Source: a virus (Duplodnaviria; Caudoviricetes). Taken from it: a stretch of 64,000 bases of DNA. The position numbers were made by a program, and so were the translations under genes. Numbering within the stretch: position 1 is the stretch's first letter; every line of letters begins with the position of its first letter. Below the pieces are notes generated by a model, which ran no database searches, was not told the origin of the DNA, and saw only the letters and a list, made by a program, of their open reading frames with translations. The stretch spans positions 1,285 through 65,284 of IMG/VR virus record IMGVR_UViG_3300046488_000208; one strand, written 5' to 3'. Shown here one piece after another: positions 38,112 through 49,870 of this stretch.

Positions 38112-38290
38112 TGGGGATAGGAGGACTCGAACCTGCCAAAAGCTAATCACATCGGTTATCACATAATAACATACATGCGGTAGTACTCACACATGCATCT
38201 TTTCCGCTTCCCCTCTGTGACTTTGTTGTACACCTTGCTTCTTTCTCCTGACAAAACATCAGGCAACTTTACCAATTTGTTCATATCCCC
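38112..38290 (-). ncRNA. tRNA-like RNA with ~105-nt variable-region insert
   Basis: ggggata/tatcccc-A acceptor, D arm with TGGTA, cctga/tcagg arm, T loop TTCGAGT. Confidence 0.6.
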
Positions 38291-38307
38291 GTAAATTCAA
38301 AGAACAA

Positions 38308-38409
38308 GAAACAATCAGATGGCTGTCTAACACCACGACCTTTGGCTGCTACAATTTATACGTGTGCCCCACATGGTTACTCGGTCACTGTCATTTCTCT
38401 GACTGTTTC
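38308..38409 (-). ncRNA. ~100-nt rod-like RNA, possibly divergent SRP (4.5S-like) RNA
   Basis: 12-bp terminal stem; AACCATGT...AGCAGCC resemble helix-8 flanks; starts right after ECF-type promoter 38417-38446. Confidence 0.35.
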
Positions 38410-38451
38410 AATTTCGTTATACGTAGAACTACTTTAAAATGTTACAAAAAA

Positions 38452-38775
38452 TCAGACTTTTTTTAATTTAAATTGAAAATGTCTTTCATCCCTATCAGCA
38501 TATGTACTGGTTTCTATGCACTTAACATCGAAATCTGAACGTACACCAAAAAATAATAATCCGACTTTTTCGGGTAGAGGCTTGGGATATTCGGTAACTA
38601 TACTGAAATCAATACCGCCACCAATTCCCGACCCCACAACCTTAAAATCTTCGTCTTCCATTAATTCTAATGCAAGACAGAGTTCTTCATATAATTCTAT
38701 CTCATCTTTAGTTCCAAGTTTATGCTTAATTGCTGTTTCAACCACAAACATTCTATCATCATCTACATCAAACAT
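38452..38775 (-). CDS. Hypothetical protein
   Basis: ORF track. Confidence 0.55.
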   Translation of the reverse strand: MFDVDDDRMFVVETAIKHKLGTKDEIELYEELCLALELMEDEDFKVVGSGIGGGIDFSIVTEYPKPLPEKVGLLFFGVRSDFDVKCIETSTYADRDERHFQFKLKKV

Positions 38776-38887
38776 TGTTTTAATTATTGCCTAACAAATG
38801 TAGTAAATTCAAACGACATTTCATAATATTTTATGATAAATTATAATTTAAAAGTATTTATGTATTGAATAACAGGTATTTGTAAAA

Positions 38888-39181
38888 ATGACAATGCCTA
38901 TGACAGAAATAGTACGTAAAGATATTAAGGATACTTTCATCCTGTTTTTTGCACAAATGCTATCGTTTGCAATCATTACCATAAATTATCGAGCCATTGC
39001 CCAAGCAAGTTATATGTGGTCAGTTTTAACAGATGTAGTTGTTGCAGGATTATCATATTTTGTGGTAAGAAGAATAGCAAAATCTAAAGACAGTATAATG
39101 CAATGGATAGGTTTTACAATTGGTAGTGCAACTGGAACTGCAATTGGTATATGGCTTTCAAAATTAATTCTCAGCTATTAA
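38888..39181 (+). CDS. Small 3-TM membrane protein
   Basis: Hydrophobic helices, GFTIGSATGTAIG. Confidence 0.6.
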   Translation: MTMPMTEIVRKDIKDTFILFFAQMLSFAIITINYRAIAQASYMWSVLTDVVVAGLSYFVVRRIAKSKDSIMQWIGFTIGSATGTAIGIWLSKLILSY

Positions 39182-39223
39182 GCATCACTTTTTATTTATA
39201 TCAGTCTTTAGTATAAATAAACA

Positions 39224-39451
39224 ATGGCTACATTAATGAAAACTAAAAAGAGAGTAATCGCAGGAGTCTGCGGTGGAATCGCAAAATGGATTGACCCAGA
39301 AATCAATCCATTGGGAATAAGACTATTATGGTTCTTCTTGGGATTATTTCACCCGATTTTTATGCTGTTAATATACATATTTTTAGCAGCAACATTGCGA
39401 ACTGAACTATCAATCTTTCCAGAAGAAAAACAAACTACAAAGGGCGAGTAA
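39224..39451 (+). CDS. PspC domain protein
   Basis: RVIAGVCGGIA.W......IRL. Confidence 0.75.
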   Translation: MATLMKTKKRVIAGVCGGIAKWIDPEINPLGIRLLWFFLGLFHPIFMLLIYIFLAATLRTELSIFPEEKQTTKGE

Positions 39452-39498
39452 TCGCCCTTTTTTTGAAATTTTGACAGTATTTATGCTAAAATATCTGG

Positions 39499-39774
39499 AT
39501 GAAAAGCATTAAGGTAATAATTAGTGAAGAAGTACTTGGTATGATGAAAGAATCCAATGAATCTCAAGAACTTCTTGGAATACCACAACTTGCACAAATA
39601 ATCGCAAATTTAAATGGCGAAGAAGGTACTGATGGTCCATATTATGAAGGTTCATTAGATACACTGACAAAAGCGTTTCGCTATGGTGGTGATGAAGCAG
39701 TACAAAAAGAATTTAAGAATAATACAAATAAAGACCTTAGAGTTGCAATTAAAGGCAAATATTTTATGAATTAA
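39499..39774 (+). CDS. Hypothetical protein with IISEE N-terminal motif
   Basis: GTATTTAT upstream. Confidence 0.55.
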   Translation: MKSIKVIISEEVLGMMKESNESQELLGIPQLAQIIANLNGEEGTDGPYYEGSLDTLTKAFRYGGDEAVQKEFKNNTNKDLRVAIKGKYFMN

Positions 39775-39961
39775 TAATTTGGAAGAATAACCTGCTCTTT
39801 TCCCAACCAATATATCAAACTGTTCTTCGAACAACACCTTGTCCATAGCCATAAATAACAATATTTTTTATAAATGCTTTTATTGGCAACTAATTTACTT
39901 GCTTATCTAATTTTAATGGTTTATATTTGTCGTAAAATAATTTTATTTAAAAAACAAACAC

Positions 39962-40249
39962 ATGAACGACTCAGCAAACGCACAGTCACCAAAAGGAACA
40001 ACAGAAACTGAAAGAGTACTATCAACTTTTGATTATAAACTTGAAGCACTCGATAAAATCGCTGGAACAATTGTTAATCAAATAACTGCTTTGAGCGATT
40101 TTGACCAACTTAAAGCCGAAGCAACTGATGCAAGAAAACAAGTACAGGGCGGTAATTTTATTGGTGAATTAGACATAAGAATTGAAAAACTACAAAAACT
40201 TGTAGAGGCTTATGATTCAATTCGTTACAATCTTGAAAGACTTGTATAA
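39962..40249 (+). CDS. Coiled-coil protein, paralog of 42072..42359
   Basis: Shared GG.F.G....RI and terminal L.R.V. Confidence 0.6.
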   Translation: MNDSANAQSPKGTTETERVLSTFDYKLEALDKIAGTIVNQITALSDFDQLKAEATDARKQVQGGNFIGELDIRIEKLQKLVEAYDSIRYNLERLV

Positions 40250-40319
40250 TATAATTTTATAAAACGGAGCGTAAAACCCATCCATCGTTTTTACGTGGGT
40301 GGGATGTAAGCGACAAACG

Positions 40320-40730
40320 TTAACCTTGTGAAAGAATATACTCACGAATAGTATCAGGAGATGCTTCGCCAATAGAGCAAACAAAATAACCATCTGACCA
40401 AAGTAACTTCTGATACCAATATTGCTTACGAAGCGTAGATGGGTGTAATAACCATATTTGCCTAGTAGATTCTTGTTTAAGCCTACGAACTATTTGAGCA
40501 ATAGACAAACGTGGAATGTAACGAATTAAGAAATGAACGTGGTCTTGGTCTGTTTCCATAACCTCAATTTCAAAATCAGAACTATTAGCAATGGATTGAA
40601 AGATTTGCTTAATATCATCATTTAACTGACCAATTAACATTGGTTTACGATATTTACAAACAAAGATTAAATGACACATTAAGTAGTGTTTTGAACGATT
40701 TGTGCTGATGTAATTAGATTTTTTAGACAT
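40320..40730 (-). CDS. tnpA: IS200/IS605 HUH (Y1) transposase
   Basis: HLIFVCKYRK, DHVHFL, LWSDGYFVCSIG, YILSQ. Confidence 0.92.
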   Translation of the reverse strand: MSKKSNYISTNRSKHYLMCHLIFVCKYRKPMLIGQLNDDIKQIFQSIANSSDFEIEVMETDQDHVHFLIRYIPRLSIAQIVRRLKQESTRQIWLLHPSTLRKQYWYQKLLWSDGYFVCSIGEASPDTIREYILSQG

Positions 40731-40848
40731 AGTAGCGAAATTTTTTTGTGAATGTTTCTCAAAATGAATGGAAATATTTACAAAAAAATGTAGCGGATTT
40801 ACAAAAAAGCATTATTTTTGCATAAATCAAAACTATTTAATAGTAAGA

Positions 40849-42051
40849 ATGAAGACAATATTTCGGACATATCAATTTGAATTAATGCCAAACCAAGAGC
40901 AGAAAACGCTGTTGGATAAGCATTTTGGATGTATCCGATTTGTCTATAATCATTTTCTAAATGAGCGTAAAGAGCAATACCAAGTAGACAAGAAGTCTGA
41001 TAATTACTACACACAGGCAGCAACACTAACAGAATTAAAGAAAAAAGATGAAACTATTTGGCTTAAAGAAGTTAATAGTCAATCTTTACAATTTGCTTTA
41101 AGATGTTTGGATACTGCTTATGTGAACTTCTTTCGTGGTAACGCTAAATTTCCAAGATTTAAGTCAAGAAAAAAGAAGAATACGTTTACGGTCCCACAAT
41201 TCGCCAAATTGGAAGATGGTAGATTTTACGCACCAAAGTTTAAAGAAGGAATAAAAGTTAATGTTCATCGTGAAGTAAAAGGCGAAATAGGAAAATGCAC
41301 TTTAAGCAAAACACCAACAGGTAAATATTTTGTGTCTATTCTTTCCGAAGAACAGTATCAACCAAAAGAAAAGACTGGTGCTGTATGTGGAATTGACTTA
41401 GGATTAAAAGACTTTGCAATAACATCTGATGGAGTTAAATTCAAGAATAACAAATATACAAAGCGATATGAAAGAAAGTTAGCGAAAGCACAAAAACATC
41501 TTTCTCGTAAAACAAAAGGTAGTACTTCGTTTGAAAAACAAAGACGAAAAACAGCCTTAATTCACGAGAAGATAACCAACTCACGAATGGATAACTTACA
41601 CAAGGTATCTCACAAATTGGTAACTGATTATGATATAATCGCATTAGAAGATTTAAATGTGAAGGGAATGGTTAAAAACCATAAACTTGCAAAGCACATA
41701 TCAGATGCCAGTTGGGGGACTTTTGTAAGATTGTTGGAATATAAAGCAGATTGGAATGACAAACAGATTGTTAAAATCAATCGATGGTATCCATCAAGTA
41801 AAACCTGTTGTGAGTGTGGTTGGATAAATCAAGAATTAAATCTTTCAATAAGAGAATGGACTTGTAAAAACGGACACGTATTAGACCGTGATTTAAACGC
41901 TGCAAAAAACATTCTTAAAGAAGGATTGAAAATATTAAACTCGGCAGGAACTGTCGAAAACACGGGTGGAGACTCAAATAAGACTTCTGTAAAGAAGCAC
42001 AAGTCCGTGAAACCCGAAGCCCATCCCATCGCCTTTGGCGTGGGTGGGTAG
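40849..42051 (+). CDS. tnpB: RNA-guided endonuclease TnpB
   Basis: GIDLGLK, EDLNVKGM, PSSKTC, DRDLNAAKNI. Confidence 0.92.
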   Translation: MKTIFRTYQFELMPNQEQKTLLDKHFGCIRFVYNHFLNERKEQYQVDKKSDNYYTQAATLTELKKKDETIWLKEVNSQSLQFALRCLDTAYVNFFRGNAKFPRFKSRKKKNTFTVPQFAKLEDGRFYAPKFKEGIKVNVHREVKGEIGKCTLSKTPTGKYFVSILSEEQYQPKEKTGAVCGIDLGLKDFAITSDGVKFKNNKYTKRYERKLAKAQKHLSRKTKGSTSFEKQRRKTALIHEKITNSRMDNLHKVSHKLVTDYDIIALEDLNVKGMVKNHKLAKHISDASWGTFVRLLEYKADWNDKQIVKINRWYPSSKTCCECGWINQELNLSIREWTCKNGHVLDRDLNAAKNILKEGLKILNSAGTVENTGGDSNKTSVKKHKSVKPEAHPIAFGVGG

Positions 42052-42071
42052 TTCACTTAAAATCAAAACAA

Positions 42072-42359
42072 ATGTACGAAAGCAACAAAGGCGAAACAGA
42101 TAAACAAACGTCTGAATTTGAAAAACTTTTGAATTCACTTGATTCAGCACTTGCCAGACAAGATGTAATAATCTCAGACATAAAAATAAGAGTAAACACT
42201 ATGATAGAACCACAAAAAAGTCCCGTTGAATGTGATTCTGAAAAAGAATTAAGTGCAGGTGGATTTGTCGGTGATGTTCATGCAAGGATTTCAAGAATTC
42301 TTGACCACAATAAAGGACTTGAAGAAATTAATGACATATTACTAAGAGTTGTAGGATAA
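42072..42359 (+). CDS. Coiled-coil protein, paralog of 39962..40249
   Basis: Sequence similarity. Confidence 0.6.
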   Translation: MYESNKGETDKQTSEFEKLLNSLDSALARQDVIISDIKIRVNTMIEPQKSPVECDSEKELSAGGFVGDVHARISRILDHNKGLEEINDILLRVVG

Positions 42360-43373
42360 TGGAAAGTCCAGAAGTAAAAAAAGAAAAATTAGTTACACAA
42401 CTAATTGCAGTAGCCAATAAAATTAGTGGTGAAAATCGCATTGGATTAGCAGACCATGTAATTGTGCCGGATAAAAATATTGAAGCAATCGCAAGAAAGT
42501 TCAATATCAGTGTTGAAGAAGCGCAAGAAATGCTCAGAGAATATTTCAGACCCAAATAATATGGAAGCCAAAAAGAAATACATATACGTAACCTACGACC
42601 CACTGTATGAGGAAGTAATCTGTGCTCACGAAAAACCTAATAGTGATTGTAAGGTCTGTAGAAAACGTGAGTATCAAAAACGTAATGTATATCAGTTGTG
42701 TCAAAAAAAATTAGTATTGAAGCCATGACAGTCTACAAAGCAAAACCTGATACTTGGTTTAAAGAAGGTACAATTGCTGAACTAATTGAAAGTATCTATA
42801 CCAACAATGGAAAGGAATTCGGAATATTCCGGGGAACTTATATTGTTGGCAGTTGTAATCCTCTTGGTTACGATAAATTTTGGTATAAGCAAGGACATAA
42901 AGATGACGATGAGGTTGTAATGAATGAACTTTGTGCTTTTGATGAATTTAAAATTGAAATCGTATGATAGAAATGATTGGAATTTGTTTTTTAATTTTTT
43001 GCTGTTATATACTTATAATAATTAAATGGTTATTATGGATACCATATATGTTTCTCATATTTCCACTTACAGAAAGATTTATGCATGAGTATGAACTGCC
43101 CATGTATCCTACTTACTGGATTGATGCGTTAAAGGAAAAACTATGAAAATAATCGAATTAGACGAAAGTAAATCACAATCATATGATTTATATACTGCCT
43201 TAGATAATCTGTTTTATCTTTTGGCAGAACGTCTGCCAAATTTCTTTCTTGAGCCAGTAAATCTTGATGGAGAAATATATCACCTACCTAAGTATATTAC
43301 TAAATTACATTACGATAGTATTGACCCACAAACACAGGATTTGATGAACGAACTAAACAAACAATTACAATGA
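42359..43373 (+). other. Run of small hypothetical CDSs (42359-42559, 42561-42728, 42725-42967, 42964-43146, 43143-43373)
   Basis: Tightly coupled stop/start overlaps. Confidence 0.5.
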
Positions 43374-44143
43374 ACATAAAAGAAGATTTATATTTGATGT
43401 TTCGGGAAACAAGTCGGGATTACGCTACTTCTATAGTGCCCCGCATTGCCGTTAAAGATGACGAAGTTGAAACAGAAAATGAGCATTGGACCGAAATTCT
43501 TGATGCGTATCAAGAAGGTGTAAAGAACGTTATTGAGTTCATGTTTAATAATTATGACGTTTACAGCAAAGAAAGTTTTGATGACTTAAGAAAAAGAGTA
43601 GATGCAATAGTATATTGCCAATGCCCAGAGCCAGACAGAGAAAGTGGTTATACGTATTGCAATCGTTGTCACAAACATGTTAATTTTAATATTCCTGACC
43701 AAGAAGAACTTGAACGTAAAAATTTACGAGAAAGGGAATATAATAATCTCTGTGCAAGGGCAACATTATATCCCGGCAAAACTATTGATGAAGTAATAAA
43801 AATTCTTCAACACCAAAGAATTGAAATTGCATATAAATCTGTAAACGACATATTATGCAACACCAAACCAATAAATAACAGAGAGACTCGTCAATGGGTA
43901 ATCAAAATGCTTCAAAGAAAATTAGATGCGGTTGTTGTCAGATGTGATGAAGAACTTAACTCACCTGAAGTAATTGACCAAAACCTACTTATTGCAGAAG
44001 CAATATGGAATAGTGATTATTCAAATGAATATCAAATAAAAAAAGTATTGTTGGTCTTCGGTGAAATACAACAGGTAGAAAAATATCAAAGACAGCATTA
44101 TTTCGACAACGAAACATATAAATTTATACAGAAAGGAATATAA
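43370..44143 (+). CDS. Hypothetical protein
   Basis: ORF track; CQC..CNRC. Confidence 0.55.
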   Translation: MNIKEDLYLMFRETSRDYATSIVPRIAVKDDEVETENEHWTEILDAYQEGVKNVIEFMFNNYDVYSKESFDDLRKRVDAIVYCQCPEPDRESGYTYCNRCHKHVNFNIPDQEELERKNLREREYNNLCARATLYPGKTIDEVIKILQHQRIEIAYKSVNDILCNTKPINNRETRQWVIKMLQRKLDAVVVRCDEELNSPEVIDQNLLIAEAIWNSDYSNEYQIKKVLLVFGEIQQVEKYQRQHYFDNETYKFIQKGI

Positions 44144-44334
44144 CAATGGCAGGAAGCAGATACACAAAATCGATACCGGAATTCGTATATTTTATAGACG
44201 GGGGTGACGGATGGTTCGCAGGTCCGTATGTAAAAAATCCTATGAAGGGCAAAAATGCAAATACCGAAGGACTTATAATCTGTAAAGTACAGGTAGTTCC
44301 AAGACTTGTCACAAAACCAAACAAAATAGAATAA

Positions 44335-44988
44335 ATGAAGCAATACCCAGAAATATTGTACTATGGTGAGAATTGGGGACTGCCTATCTTGGCTTTTGAA
44401 AAACTCGATGGCAGTAATTTGAGATTTGAATACAATCACAAACGTGGTTTTTATAAATTCGGAACACGTAATACAATGATTGACAGAAATTCAACTCCCT
44501 TTGGCTTTGCCATAAACTTATTTCTGCAAGACTATGAGAAAAAACTCACAGAAATTTTCAAGAGTAAGAAATACAGAGAATACTTGTCGTTTGTTTGTTT
44601 TGCTGAACTTCATGGATTTAAATCAGAATTTGGACAACACGATTTCGGAAATGACGTATTTAACATTACGTTGTTTGATGTTAGCGCATATAAACTCGGT
44701 TTAATACCCCCACGACAGTTTCTACACGACTTTGAAGAGGTAGGCATACCGAAACTCGTCTATGACGGAAACTTGAACAGAGAGTTCGTAAACAGGGTTA
44801 AAACGAACGAATTCTCCTTGCAGGAAGGCGTAGTTTGTAAAGGCGTAGTTCCAAGAAGGAAATCCGGAGAAAATCTTTACTATTGTAAAATTAAAACTGA
44901 CGGTTGGTTTGAGAGACTACGTAATCGTAGACCAGACTTATACAGCAATGAAGCTAAACAATTAATTCACGATACTCATGGAGAATAA
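44335..44988 (+). CDS. RNA ligase-like nucleotidyltransferase
   Basis: Motif I EKLDGSN, FAE, LFDV, EGVVCK, CKIKT. Confidence 0.7.
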   Translation: MKQYPEILYYGENWGLPILAFEKLDGSNLRFEYNHKRGFYKFGTRNTMIDRNSTPFGFAINLFLQDYEKKLTEIFKSKKYREYLSFVCFAELHGFKSEFGQHDFGNDVFNITLFDVSAYKLGLIPPRQFLHDFEEVGIPKLVYDGNLNREFVNRVKTNEFSLQEGVVCKGVVPRRKSGENLYYCKIKTDGWFERLRNRRPDLYSNEAKQLIHDTHGE

Positions 44989-47900
44989 AAAACCAATATC
45001 AGACGAAGAACTCCAAAGACTTGCCGATTGGCTTAAGTCCGATGAAGGCAGAAAAAAAATTCGTGAATCCCAGGAAACTGCAGATGAAGTCTGTAAAATA
45101 ATTGATTCAATGAATGATATTAACCCCGAAATACTTACAACACCATTTGACATATAATTATGGAAACAAAAGATTACATGCTTGGATTTCTCAAGCAAGA
45201 AGCAAATACGACTTTCGTTGAAGAAATAACAGATATACGAGTAAAAGATTGTGACGATGACCACGGACCAATGGGAAAACATTATGTGGTAACCCTCAAA
45301 ATTCGTGTACCAGACTTTACTCTCACTACAGGCAATCAAACTAAAATAGTTAAAACAAAATGTCTTGTAGACGTAAAGCAATTTAATCATTTTGTAGAAA
45401 AACATAAAGCAATAATTTGGCTATGAGAAATGCAACAATAATAACATGCAATAGTGCAGGTGTCATTTCAGCAGGAATGGTTTGGCACGATGAAACCGAT
45501 GAAAATGAAGTCATTCAACTGACCATCGGAGAATATGAATATGATTTTGATAATGAAGGCAAACTATTAAACACTAAAGGAGTTCAGAGTTGCCATGCAC
45601 CAAGTACTCATATGAGTTGTGCACAGCCAAGACTTGAAGGTACTTGTATACCAATAAACATTAAAACTGAAGACTAATGAATATAAAAGAATTACTTCTC
45701 GAAGGTTGTAGGATTTCTTTACCCTACAAAAATGAACCGGAACAATGGGTTGGTGAGACAAAGATTTACATATTCTCTGGCGGTTGTGGCTGTAAACCAA
45801 AACTTATTGTCGAAGGAGATTATTGTAATGGCTATAGAAAAGAATTTGAAGTAGACCAACTTGATGAAGCAATCAAGTACTTCAATGATAATGCTTTTAG
45901 TCCAACAAACATTATGTACAAAATGAGTCCAGCAATGTTAATGGCAACAAAAGACGTTCCTGATATCGATTTGGACGATGAGACAGATTTTAAAATAGTC
46001 GAAAAAATAAAATTGAAACTAATTAAAGACAATGAAAACACTTGAAATTAATTTAACTGAAGCAGAGGTTAAATTACTTCTGATGATTCTCGATGATGCA
46101 GAAGACAGACGTGCTGACATGAGTTGCAACGACCCAGAAAAGCGGGAAGAAAAACTCTTCAGTAAAGACGAGAGAATCAAAATGCAAAGGCAAATGAGTC
46201 CTGATGAACCAGAAGAAGACATCGATGGTTTTCTATTCAACAATCAATATGTGGGATATATAATTGAGAGAATCGAACAACAAATAAAGGAATAACTGAT
46301 GATGAGAATTGTTGAACACGATTTTTCGGAAATACTGAAAACAAATCTTGAAAAAGATAATGTAGAGAGAATCGGTGAAATAGACGGTGTGGGTCTGTAC
46401 TATAATAAATATCAAGAAGAAAACGAGTTTCTCGTAGGTTATAAAGAACAGAAAATAAATTTCATTGTTGGCAATTGCAATGACTTGGAGAAGTTTAAAA
46501 AAGTATTAGAGGCATATAAAAACAATAAATATCAATGGGAAAATATTCGTTAATTAATGTAGCACAGGACTTCGATATCGTTTTTCAAGAAGGCGATGTT
46601 ATTGAATTCGAAATGCCACCGTTCTGCAGTGGCGATTATAAGGCAACTGTAAAAAAAGACCCAGACTTTGGACTATACATCGATAAAGATGATAATTACT
46701 TTGAAGGTTGCCGGGATTTCGTAGTATATCGTAATGGCGAAATAATTTAACTATGAGAACAATTAACGGCAAATTAGAACTTTCTACAAAGAAAGAAGCG
46801 TGGGTGCAATTAAACCCATATCAAGTAATTGGTAATACACCTGTAGAATTTACACCAAGAGATTTATTCTTGGGAGAAGTACTAAAGGTTGATAATGGGC
46901 ACATTAAAATAGTTGGTTTTGGCGGTGCTGGTTTATTCGGAAAAGACAGTTATTCTTGGATGTGGATTAAAATTAAGGAAGTAAAAAGAAAGTTGAAAAA
47001 CCCCAATAGGTTTTATTTTTAAATTAATACACATAATCTAAATGAAGATTGTGGTGGGGTTATATTTGGTGGATGGGTTAATTCTGTTGAAGAATGTATA
47101 AGTAATTGCTTTCCTAAAGAGCATTTAAATGAAAGCACTGGAAGTCTATATTATAATAAGACATTGAAAATAACAGAAATTAAAAAAACCGATATTGAAA
47201 CAGGTGAAAAATCATCTGTTTCAATTGATGACAGCTACAATACTCAATTAAATACAATGCTATGATTGAAGGAATAATTAAGTCAGAAAAAGAATTACGT
47301 AAATTATTACGTAAAGACCTGAAAGAAGCAGGTCGCCAGTGTGCTCCGACAAAAAAAGAACTTGATGAACAAATTGAGGACTTCATGAATGATGAAGACT
47401 TCCAACCTAAAGAGTATCCGATATATATCTATGTCGATTTTACTTTTGTATATCATGGCTTTGATGTCGAATTACTTTCAACATCACATACATTAACAAA
47501 AGCAGAAATGCAGAAACTACTAAATGAATTTTAACCAATGACAGAAGATATACAGGAATTAAGAAAAGCAATGCTTGAAAGTCGTCAAGCAGTTAGTGAA
47601 TACATTGAAAGATTTTCAAGACCGATGACCGAAGAAGAAAGACGGGACTTCGAGAAAACTTATGTTGCAACATTTCCAAGTACAGAACAAACTCAGCCAA
47701 GAATTCTGGAATTCAAAACCTTAGAAGATGCACAGGAATTGAAAAGACTGCAGGATGTTATGAAAGAAAAACAACAGGCATTTTATCAGGCGTACTTAAA
47801 ATTAAAAGAATTAAATGAGCAGAAATAAAACTTTTCGTAGAGAACTTATGCTTGTCATAAATAAGCATTCAAAAGAAAATGGTAGCAATACCCCAGACTT

Positions 47901-48631
47901 CATACTGGCAGAATATCTCATAGAATGCCTGCGAGTATTCGATAAAACCACGAGATTACGCAATGATTGGTATGGAGAAAAAATCTGTGAAGAAAAAATA
48001 CGGGAAAGCCGTAATAAACCTGAAAAAGAAATCGATGAATTCACAAGTCGTGGACACATATCTCCAATAGATATTGATGTGACATTCGGTGGTGAAAAAC
48101 CAGGATATCCAACAAGACGTAATGCTGAACTGCCATGAAAGAAAATCCTCTTGCATCAGAAGAAAATTTTCAGAAATTCATGAATGAACTTTGCTGTAAT
48201 GGCTGTAAATTTTTTGTTGATGAAAAATGTACAGAGAAAGACCATAAAGCACATGATGAAGATAAATCCATAATGATACAAGCATCATTAAATGCTTATC
48301 TTCAAAATCAAAGCGAAAGTGAACGGGAATTCGTTGACCACATAAATAATTACTATATTTGTTTAATGTTTAAAAGCCGAAATAAATGACAAACAATACA
48401 ATTGAACGTACAGAAGTACGAGTCTTTCAAATAGACTACAAATGCCCCAAATGTGGTATAGGATATCTCAGACCAACGGGAATAATATGCTCGGCAAACC
48501 CACCAATGCACCCACATAAGTGTTCAAATCCCGATTGCGACTATGCAGAAACCATCGTTGGTAATACATATCCTTATGTAGAATATGAGTCAATAGATTA
48601 TAAGCACAAATTGTTGTTGGCAATACAATGA
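44978..48631 (+). other. Run of about 14 small hypothetical CDSs (44978, 45160, 45423, 45677, 46032, 46299, 46535, 46753, 47262, 47538, 47815, 48135, 48386)
   Basis: Contiguous + strand ORFs with coupled starts and stops. Confidence 0.55.
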
Positions 48632-48667
48632 TGTTACGTTGCCTTTCGATTTATAAAAAATTATAAT

Positions 48668-48955
48668 ATGCCGGAAATAAATGATAATAATTACAGACTA
48701 AATAAAGCATGCAAATTCTATCCATGCCACAAAAATTTAGAAGATTGCACATTCTGTTATTGTCCTTTCTATGCCTGTGAAAATTTAAAAAGAGGCAGGT
48801 ACATCAGCAGATACATCATAAATCTCAATAATAATAATAATAATCCTATCTGGGATTGTTCAAACTGTGAATGGATTCACAAAAAATCAACCGTTGACAA
48901 AATATTCGAAGAATTACGACAAATAGAATTACTGCGGGATGATAGGGTAGAATAA
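48668..48955 (+). CDS. Cysteine-rich small domain protein
   Basis: C.FYPCH....CTFCYCPFY....WDCSNC.WIH. Confidence 0.7.
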   Translation: MPEINDNNYRLNKACKFYPCHKNLEDCTFCYCPFYACENLKRGRYISRYIINLNNNNNNPIWDCSNCEWIHKKSTVDKIFEELRQIELLRDDRVE

Positions 48956-48972
48956 CTATATAATGGTCTCCT

Positions 48973-49836
48973 ATGAAAAATTCTATGCAAAGGACCTTAT
49001 GGATATTTATTATCTGCCTATATGCAATTAATATACAATACACCGATATTAATTATTCACAACAACAACGGCATAAATACAAATTACAGTATTCCAATGG
49101 CATTCCTACAACCTTGGGAATAAATATGTACATTAATTCCCCTATTAATCAAAAACATTTTATTGCTGAATACCAAACCCTTATAAAAGACTCAATCTAT
49201 AACGACATTTATTTCAGTACTGAAACTGCTAAAGACAAAACTGCTCCTTTGGCATATAACGATATTAGCCTGAATTCAAGTTGTGAAATAGTCGTAAGCA
49301 ATAATGAAAGATACCGGGCATTCGAATACTACGATAGTTTGAAATATATGTATAACGAAAACGATAACTTCCTTAAAGCAACAATCTTTCACGAAATCAG
49401 CCATTATTATTTTACTCAAGTAATACTTGAAATGACAAGGGTTAAACATTTGAAAGTCAATCAGTACTATATACAAAACATTACAATGTTTCCCAATCAA
49501 GAATTACAATACGGAGAAAAGTTCATAGAAGAAGGCTTCTGCGAATATATAATACAAAAATTTCATTTATGCCCAATATTTAATAACATCAGTATTCCAC
49601 AAACCAAAGCAGACCTCTTAAACCCAAAAAAAAATTATGAATATCAATACGTATATTCATCAAGGACATTAAGCCAATATTTGGATAGTTGTATATTAAA
49701 GGATGGAAATGTTAAAAGAGGCTTGATGCTCATACTTTCCGACAGACCACCAAACTTCCAGGAAATACTCAAACCAAAGTATTACTACCATAGACTTAAA
49801 AGCCAAACTTTAACCCCTATAGATAGTATTTATTGA
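48973..49836 (+). CDS. Putative secreted HEXXH metallopeptidase-like protein
   Basis: N-terminal hydrophobic segment; IFHEISHYYF...IEEGFCEY. Confidence 0.55.
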   Translation: MKNSMQRTLWIFIICLYAINIQYTDINYSQQQRHKYKLQYSNGIPTTLGINMYINSPINQKHFIAEYQTLIKDSIYNDIYFSTETAKDKTAPLAYNDISLNSSCEIVVSNNERYRAFEYYDSLKYMYNENDNFLKATIFHEISHYYFTQVILEMTRVKHLKVNQYYIQNITMFPNQELQYGEKFIEEGFCEYIIQKFHLCPIFNNISIPQTKADLLNPKKNYEYQYVYSSRTLSQYLDSCILKDGNVKRGLMLILSDRPPNFQEILKPKYYYHRLKSQTLTPIDSIY

Positions 49837-49870
49837 TAAAACAACTAATATTAAACTAATATTTGGCTAA

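Larger units (their letters stand above)
40261..42056. mobile_element. IS605-group element (divergent tnpA and tnpB)
   Basis: Related subterminal hairpins cccatcc..gtgggtggg at both ends; right end GTTCAC. Confidence 0.85.

Noticed and set aside
38112-38290. tmRNA
   Set aside because: It has no G3-U70 pair, has a D stem, is too short, and shows no convincing tag reading frame.
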